From assembly GCF_964642095.1 (NCBI RefSeq), contig NZ_OZ209244.1, positions 1,765,106-1,829,105 on the forward strand: a stretch of 64,000 nt of DNA, read 5' to 3'. The stretch comes from Fretibacterium fastidiosum. GTDB taxonomy: Bacteria > Synergistota > Synergistia > Synergistales > Aminobacteriaceae. Shown here piece after piece: positions 60,126 through 64,000 of this stretch (positions are counted from its first letter, which is position 1; each line of letters begins with the position of its first letter). The notes beneath the pieces are model-generated. The model saw nothing but the letters and a program-made list of their open reading frames with translations. It was not told the DNA's origin and made no database searches. Made by a program: the position numbers and the translations under genes.

Positions 60126-61325
60126 TTGACCTTGAAAAGAACGTTTTTGCTGTTGGCGGCCGCGTTGCTCCTCTCCATGGCCGTCCCCTGCGGCGCGGGG
60201 GCCAAGGACGGGGACAAGAGCTCCTCGGCGCAGATGATGGAGCACATCGAGACGATCGTGTACGGCGACACCTCCAAGGGAGGCCTCACGGAGCGGCTCT
60301 CCTCGGTGGAGGAGGCGCTGTTCGGCCGCAGCCTTCCGGGCACCATCGCCGAGCGCCATGCGGCGATCCTGAACTTCCTCGAGGTCGGCACGGAGGACCA
60401 GCCCTCAATGATCTTCAAGCTGGGGGTCGCGGAGTGGATCGTCAACAAGAAGATCTACGCCTCCCGATCGGCCGTCAGCCGCCTCGAGACGCTGGAAGCG
60501 GACCTGGACGGGGAGGTCCAGCACGGCAAGCCCATCGCGATGCGGGTGGAACACCTCCTGTCCACGCTGGTGACGGACCCCGTCACCTTCCGTGTGGTCA
60601 CCCTTCCGGGCAACGTGCCGCTGAGGCTGCGCTTTATGGACGAGCTGAGCCCGGCCAAGAACAGGGAAGGGGACCAGGTTCGCATCGAGCTGACGAACGA
60701 CCTGGTCGTGGACCAGTGCCTTGTGGCCCCCGCCGGTTCCCTGGTCCTGACGGAGGTCCGCGAGGTGGTGAAGCCCCGCGTGTTCGGCGTTCCGGGCGAG
60801 GTGCGCCTGACGTTCAACGGATTGAAGCCCCTGGGGCCCCAGCGCCCCCCGGTGGCCGTCGGCGAAGCGGCGAAGAAGGCCATTGACGAGGCCCGCAAGA
60901 CGGGAGACCGCGGCGAGGGCGCCATCGTCGGCGCCGGGGCGGCTAGCATTGCCGGCGCTGCGCTGCTGGGGCCCGTTGGGCTGATCGGCGGCCTCTTTAT
61001 CCGCGGCAACTCCATCCGGATCCCGGAGGGCTCCATCACCTTCGTGCAGACTTCGGGCGACGTGGAGGTCTACGCCTACCCCATCCCCGACAGCCTGCGC
61101 GTAGACCCACTGTCCGCCATTCAGCAGAGCGTCCGGGGGGGCGACGCGCCGCGTCCGTCGGACCCATCGCAGGCTCCCTCTTACGACCCGGACCGCGACA
61201 CCATCATCAAGAGCGACAAGATCCTGAACCCGGAGAGGACCCGTCGAACCGCCCCGCCGGAGACGACGGAGGACGGAGGAGCGCCGGGCAACTTTGATCT
61301 GCCGCCGGAGCAGAAGGTGCGCTGA
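60126..61325 (+). CDS. hypothetical secreted protein
   Basis: Signal peptide MTLKRTFLLLAAALLLSMAVPCGAGA. 399 aa. Gly/Ala-rich segment, Pro-rich C-terminus. No recognised domain. Confidence 0.45.
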   Translation: MTLKRTFLLLAAALLLSMAVPCGAGAKDGDKSSSAQMMEHIETIVYGDTSKGGLTERLSSVEEALFGRSLPGTIAERHAAILNFLEVGTEDQPSMIFKLGVAEWIVNKKIYASRSAVSRLETLEADLDGEVQHGKPIAMRVEHLLSTLVTDPVTFRVVTLPGNVPLRLRFMDELSPAKNREGDQVRIELTNDLVVDQCLVAPAGSLVLTEVREVVKPRVFGVPGEVRLTFNGLKPLGPQRPPVAVGEAAKKAIDEARKTGDRGEGAIVGAGAASIAGAALLGPVGLIGGLFIRGNSIRIPEGSITFVQTSGDVEVYAYPIPDSLRVDPLSAIQQSVRGGDAPRPSDPSQAPSYDPDRDTIIKSDKILNPERTRRTAPPETTEDGGAPGNFDLPPEQKVR

Positions 61326-62532
61326 CGCCTTGATTCAGTGGGTGTCCAGTGTCTGCCCGCGGCGCCTGAGGGGAGGGCGATGGAGGTCGTCCCTCCTTGT
61401 CGCGGTGCTGTTGGCCCTTGGCTTGACGTGCTCCCGCCGGGCAGGGGCCCAGGAGGCTCCGGACGAGGCGTTTCGCATCCTGGAGCGGTGTACGGCGGCG
61501 CACTGGGGGCAGGACTGCTACGTTTGGGTGCTCCACTACCCGGAGGCGCTGATTGAGCCCTGGGTGGAGGCCGAGGCGGCCCGCCGGGGCATGACGGAGG
61601 TCCAGAAGGAGGCCTATCGGAGCGCCTTCGTCGCGGACCTTCGCCTGGACAGCTCGGAGGCCTTTCTGGTGAGCGTCTACTCCTTCGGGGCGGCCCCCGT
61701 GAGCCTGACGCCGGTGCCGGACAACGTGGCGCTCCTGACCTCGTCGGGCGAACGCCTTCGCCCCGTCCGCTACGACTCCGCCTTGGACGCGCCCGCGTCC
61801 GGCGTCGTGCAGGGGCTCGTGTTCTTCCCCAAACAGGCGGACGACGACCTTGCCCTGGTGATCCGGGGGATCGGGGGAGGGGGCGAGCGTGTCTTCGCCT
61901 TCAGCCCCCTGGAGGTCAGGGAGCCTGAAGCCCCGGAGGCCCCCGCGGCCCCGGAGGTGGTGGTCGTGGACCTCCCCTCCAGGGGAAAAAAGTCCGTCCG
62001 CAAGGTGACGCCCAGGCCGCCGTCGGGGGAGCAGCCGAAGGTCATCAAGCCGAAGGAGCCCATCCCGCCCGCTGCCCCGCGTCCCATCCCCCCGCTGCTC
62101 TCCGAGGACTCGCGCGGCATGGCGGACTTCGTGAGGTCCGTTCGGGAGCGGGGTGCGGCTTCCGGGGACGCCCCCTCTTCGGGCCGCAGCGGGGGAGGGA
62201 CGCCCAGGCAGCTGAATGAGGAGAACTCCTACGTGAGCCGCGAACAGGTGCTGCGGCAGTTCCTGAGCCTGTGGGCCGCCAATCGCGCCGGGGAGATGTA
62301 CGACATGCTCTCGGACGCCTCCCGGCGGGTCATCTCCCGCGAGAACTTCGCGAAGGAGGTGGCGCGGGCCGCGGAGTTTCGCGCCGGCCTGAAGGAGGAG
62401 TACCGCATCGAGTGGATCGGCGAGGAGCGGGCGAAGGTGATCACCGACCGGAGGGTATTGATGTTCCGCTCCCTGGTGACGCGCACCCTGGGCATCGTGC
62501 GCGAGGGGATGGCGTGGAAGGTCGTCTGGTGA
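61294..62532 (+). CDS. hypothetical secreted/periplasmic protein (start uncertain; TTG 61330 / GTG 61342 / later GTG candidates)
   Basis: Hydrophobic signal-like segment SLLVAVLLALGLTCS...AQEA. Pro-rich linker. Conserved-looking C-terminal domain. No motif recognised. Confidence 0.4.
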   Translation: MICRRSRRCADALIQWVSSVCPRRLRGGRWRSSLLVAVLLALGLTCSRRAGAQEAPDEAFRILERCTAAHWGQDCYVWVLHYPEALIEPWVEAEAARRGMTEVQKEAYRSAFVADLRLDSSEAFLVSVYSFGAAPVSLTPVPDNVALLTSSGERLRPVRYDSALDAPASGVVQGLVFFPKQADDDLALVIRGIGGGGERVFAFSPLEVREPEAPEAPAAPEVVVVDLPSRGKKSVRKVTPRPPSGEQPKVIKPKEPIPPAAPRPIPPLLSEDSRGMADFVRSVRERGAASGDAPSSGRSGGGTPRQLNEENSYVSREQVLRQFLSLWAANRAGEMYDMLSDASRRVISRENFAKEVARAAEFRAGLKEEYRIEWIGEERAKVITDRRVLMFRSLVTRTLGIVREGMAWKVVW

Positions 62533-62569
62533 GGTCGGGTTCAGGCGTCTTGCCGGAGAGGGGGCAGCC

Positions 62570-63121
62570 ATGAAGGTCAGTCGGGTAAAGGTCGGCATGG
62601 GCGTCCTCGTCGTCGGCATCGTGGCGCTCGTGCGCTACGCGATGCGGGACATGCGGCTCGACGTGGACCTCCTGCGGGAGGGGCTGATGAACATACCGGG
62701 CCTCGTCATGGAGAACATGCAGCTGGCTCGCGAGGTGTCGGGCGACGTCTGGCACGTCCGCGTCCCCTACCTGGAGCGCAGGGGAGAGCTCGTCGCCGTC
62801 CGGTCGGTGGACGTCCGCCGGCAGATCAGGGAGGGCGGGGAGTGGTATCTTTTCGGCGCGGAGGGCGTCTACTCCAACGACGAGAGGACGGCCTGCGTCA
62901 ACGGCCTCCTGGGGACGCTCGAGGCGCCCGCCCGAATCTGGAACCTGGAGAGCCCCCGGCTGCTCTGGTCCGAGGCCAGCGGCGACTTCGTCTTTCCCAG
63001 AGGGCTGACGCTCTACGACGACGAGTTTCTCCTGTCGGCTCCGGAGGCCAGCATGGACCGGACGGGAGTGGTCCTATTGGAAAAAGGAGGTCAGCTCCAA
63101 TGGACGAAACCCTTGGGATGA
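62570..63121 (+). CDS. lptC: LptC-like lipopolysaccharide export protein (single N-terminal TM)
   Basis: 183 aa. N-terminal TM VGMGVLVVGIVALV. Beta-rich periplasmic region. Directly precedes, with 4-nt overlap, an OstA/LptA-like gene. Confidence 0.45.
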   Translation: MKVSRVKVGMGVLVVGIVALVRYAMRDMRLDVDLLREGLMNIPGLVMENMQLAREVSGDVWHVRVPYLERRGELVAVRSVDVRRQIREGGEWYLFGAEGVYSNDERTACVNGLLGTLEAPARIWNLESPRLLWSEASGDFVFPRGLTLYDDEFLLSAPEASMDRTGVVLLEKGGQLQWTKPLG

Positions 63122-64000
63122 CGGGGGCAAAGGGCGTCTCTGTCCGGGGCCTTGCGGCCGCGGCGCGGACTTTGGCGCTTGTGCTCCTCTTGATGGCTTC
63201 AGCGTCCCTTCCCGCTCAGGGGGCGGACGAGAAGGTGGTCCTGAACGCGGACCGCGTCTCCTTCAACGACGCGACGGGGCAGGCCAGGGCGGAGGGGAAG
63301 GCGAGCCTGAGCTACCAGGGGACGACGATCCAGGCGGAGCGCATCGACTACGACGCCGAGACTCAGAAGGTGCAGGCCATGCCGCTGCCGGGGGAGCGGG
63401 TGATCATGAGCCGGGAGGGCAGGTCGCTGCTGGGGGACCACCTGGACTACGACCTGGTGAACCAGGAGGGGGTGATGACCGGCGCCGCCACGAAGATGCC
63501 CCTCCAGGACGGGACGCTCTACGTCTACGGCGGGGAGATCAACGTCATGCCCTGGGACATGGCCGTGGAGCGCGGGGTCGTGAAGGGACGGGTCGGTGGC
63601 TCCGAGGACTACGTCGCTCAGTGGCGGCAGGTTTCTCTGACGACCTGCGTGCTGGACCATCCCCACTACCACCTGGAGTCGAAGAGCATCTCCTTCGTCC
63701 CCGGCAAGCGCATCGTGGCGAAGAAGCCTCGAATCTACCTGGGCAGGACCTACATCATGACCTCCCCGCTGGACTACGTGGTGCAGATCAAACGGCGGGC
63801 GGTGCGCTACTCCGTGCTCCCCTACGTTCAGCACAGCGACTCCCGCGGCACCGGTGGCGGCCTGACGGGAACTTTGGCATGGGAGACGGGGTCCTTCTCG
63901 CTGGGCTTCGCCTGGGCGGGCAGGAGCGGGGCCGAGTGGCTCTTCTCGGTGGAGCAGGACCTGGGCCACAACTTCAGCCTCCTGGCCCAAATGGAGTACT
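63118..64000 (+). CDS. lptA: LptA/OstA-like N-terminal domain protein, 5' part (continues past window end)
   Basis: Signal peptide then ADEKVVLNADRVSFNDATGQARAEGKASLSYQGTTIQAERIDYDAETQKVQA, the OstA_N/LptA signature. No stop before 64000 in this frame. Confidence 0.6.
   Translation, partial: MTGAKGVSVRGLAAAARTLALVLLLMASASLPAQGADEKVVLNADRVSFNDATGQARAEGKASLSYQGTTIQAERIDYDAETQKVQAMPLPGERVIMSREGRSLLGDHLDYDLVNQEGVMTGAATKMPLQDGTLYVYGGEINVMPWDMAVERGVVKGRVGGSEDYVAQWRQVSLTTCVLDHPHYHLESKSISFVPGKRIVAKKPRIYLGRTYIMTSPLDYVVQIKRRAVRYSVLPYVQHSDSRGTGGGLTGTLAWETGSFSLGFAWAGRSGAEWLFSVEQDLGHNFSLLAQMEY

Overview
High-GC bacterial chromosome segment. The flagellar gene order (mbl-flgF-flgG) and an LptC/LptA pair suggest a diderm Firmicutes-like or Synergistetes-like organism. 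The window has four blocks.

Housekeeping blocks:
- 1-12.3 kb: the S10/spc/alpha ribosomal-protein operon tail, rplB through rplQ, with secY, adk, map, infA, rpmJ and rpoA.
- 12.3-15.7 kb: a fused ecfA1A2, then ecfT and truA.
- 15.9-22.4 kb: mbl, then flagellar rod and ring genes flgF, flgG, flgA, flgH, flgI and a short rod-binding flgJ, plus a YkgJ-type Fe-S protein.
- 22.6-28.4 kb: a glycerol module. It holds glpF, glpK and a three-gene GlpA-like dehydrogenase (FAD oxidoreductase with a BFD domain, a pyridine-nucleotide oxidoreductase, and DUF1667).
- 42.2-50.8 kb: a second flagellar block with flbD, motAB, fliL, fliM, fliY, cheY and fliOPQR-flhB, but no flhA.
- 51.7-64 kb: pfkA, a DUF4392 protein, rho, a LysM-M23 peptidase, pyrG, several secreted hypotheticals and LptC/LptA.

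Accessory segment (28.5-41.9 kb):
- A 784-aa tandem-WYL (PafBC-like) regulator.
- A cluster of tRNA-derived remnants that looks like an integration-site scar.
- A candidate defense island: an SPFH/band-7 protein, a Type III R-M mod/res pair, and three near-identical tandem Rpn (YhgA-like PD-(D/E)XK) paralogs with variable C-terminal KAEG repeats.
- The island ends at a tRNA-Val-Asp-Phe-Gly array.

Repeats: a MITE-like element carrying GC hairpins and ~13-bp terminal inverted repeats (ATACCAAWTCGCG) occurs three times, at 27.9, 54.2 and 58.3 kb. The 54.2-kb copy is inverted and composite.

The many long antisense ORFs in the six-frame track are treated as high-GC artifacts.
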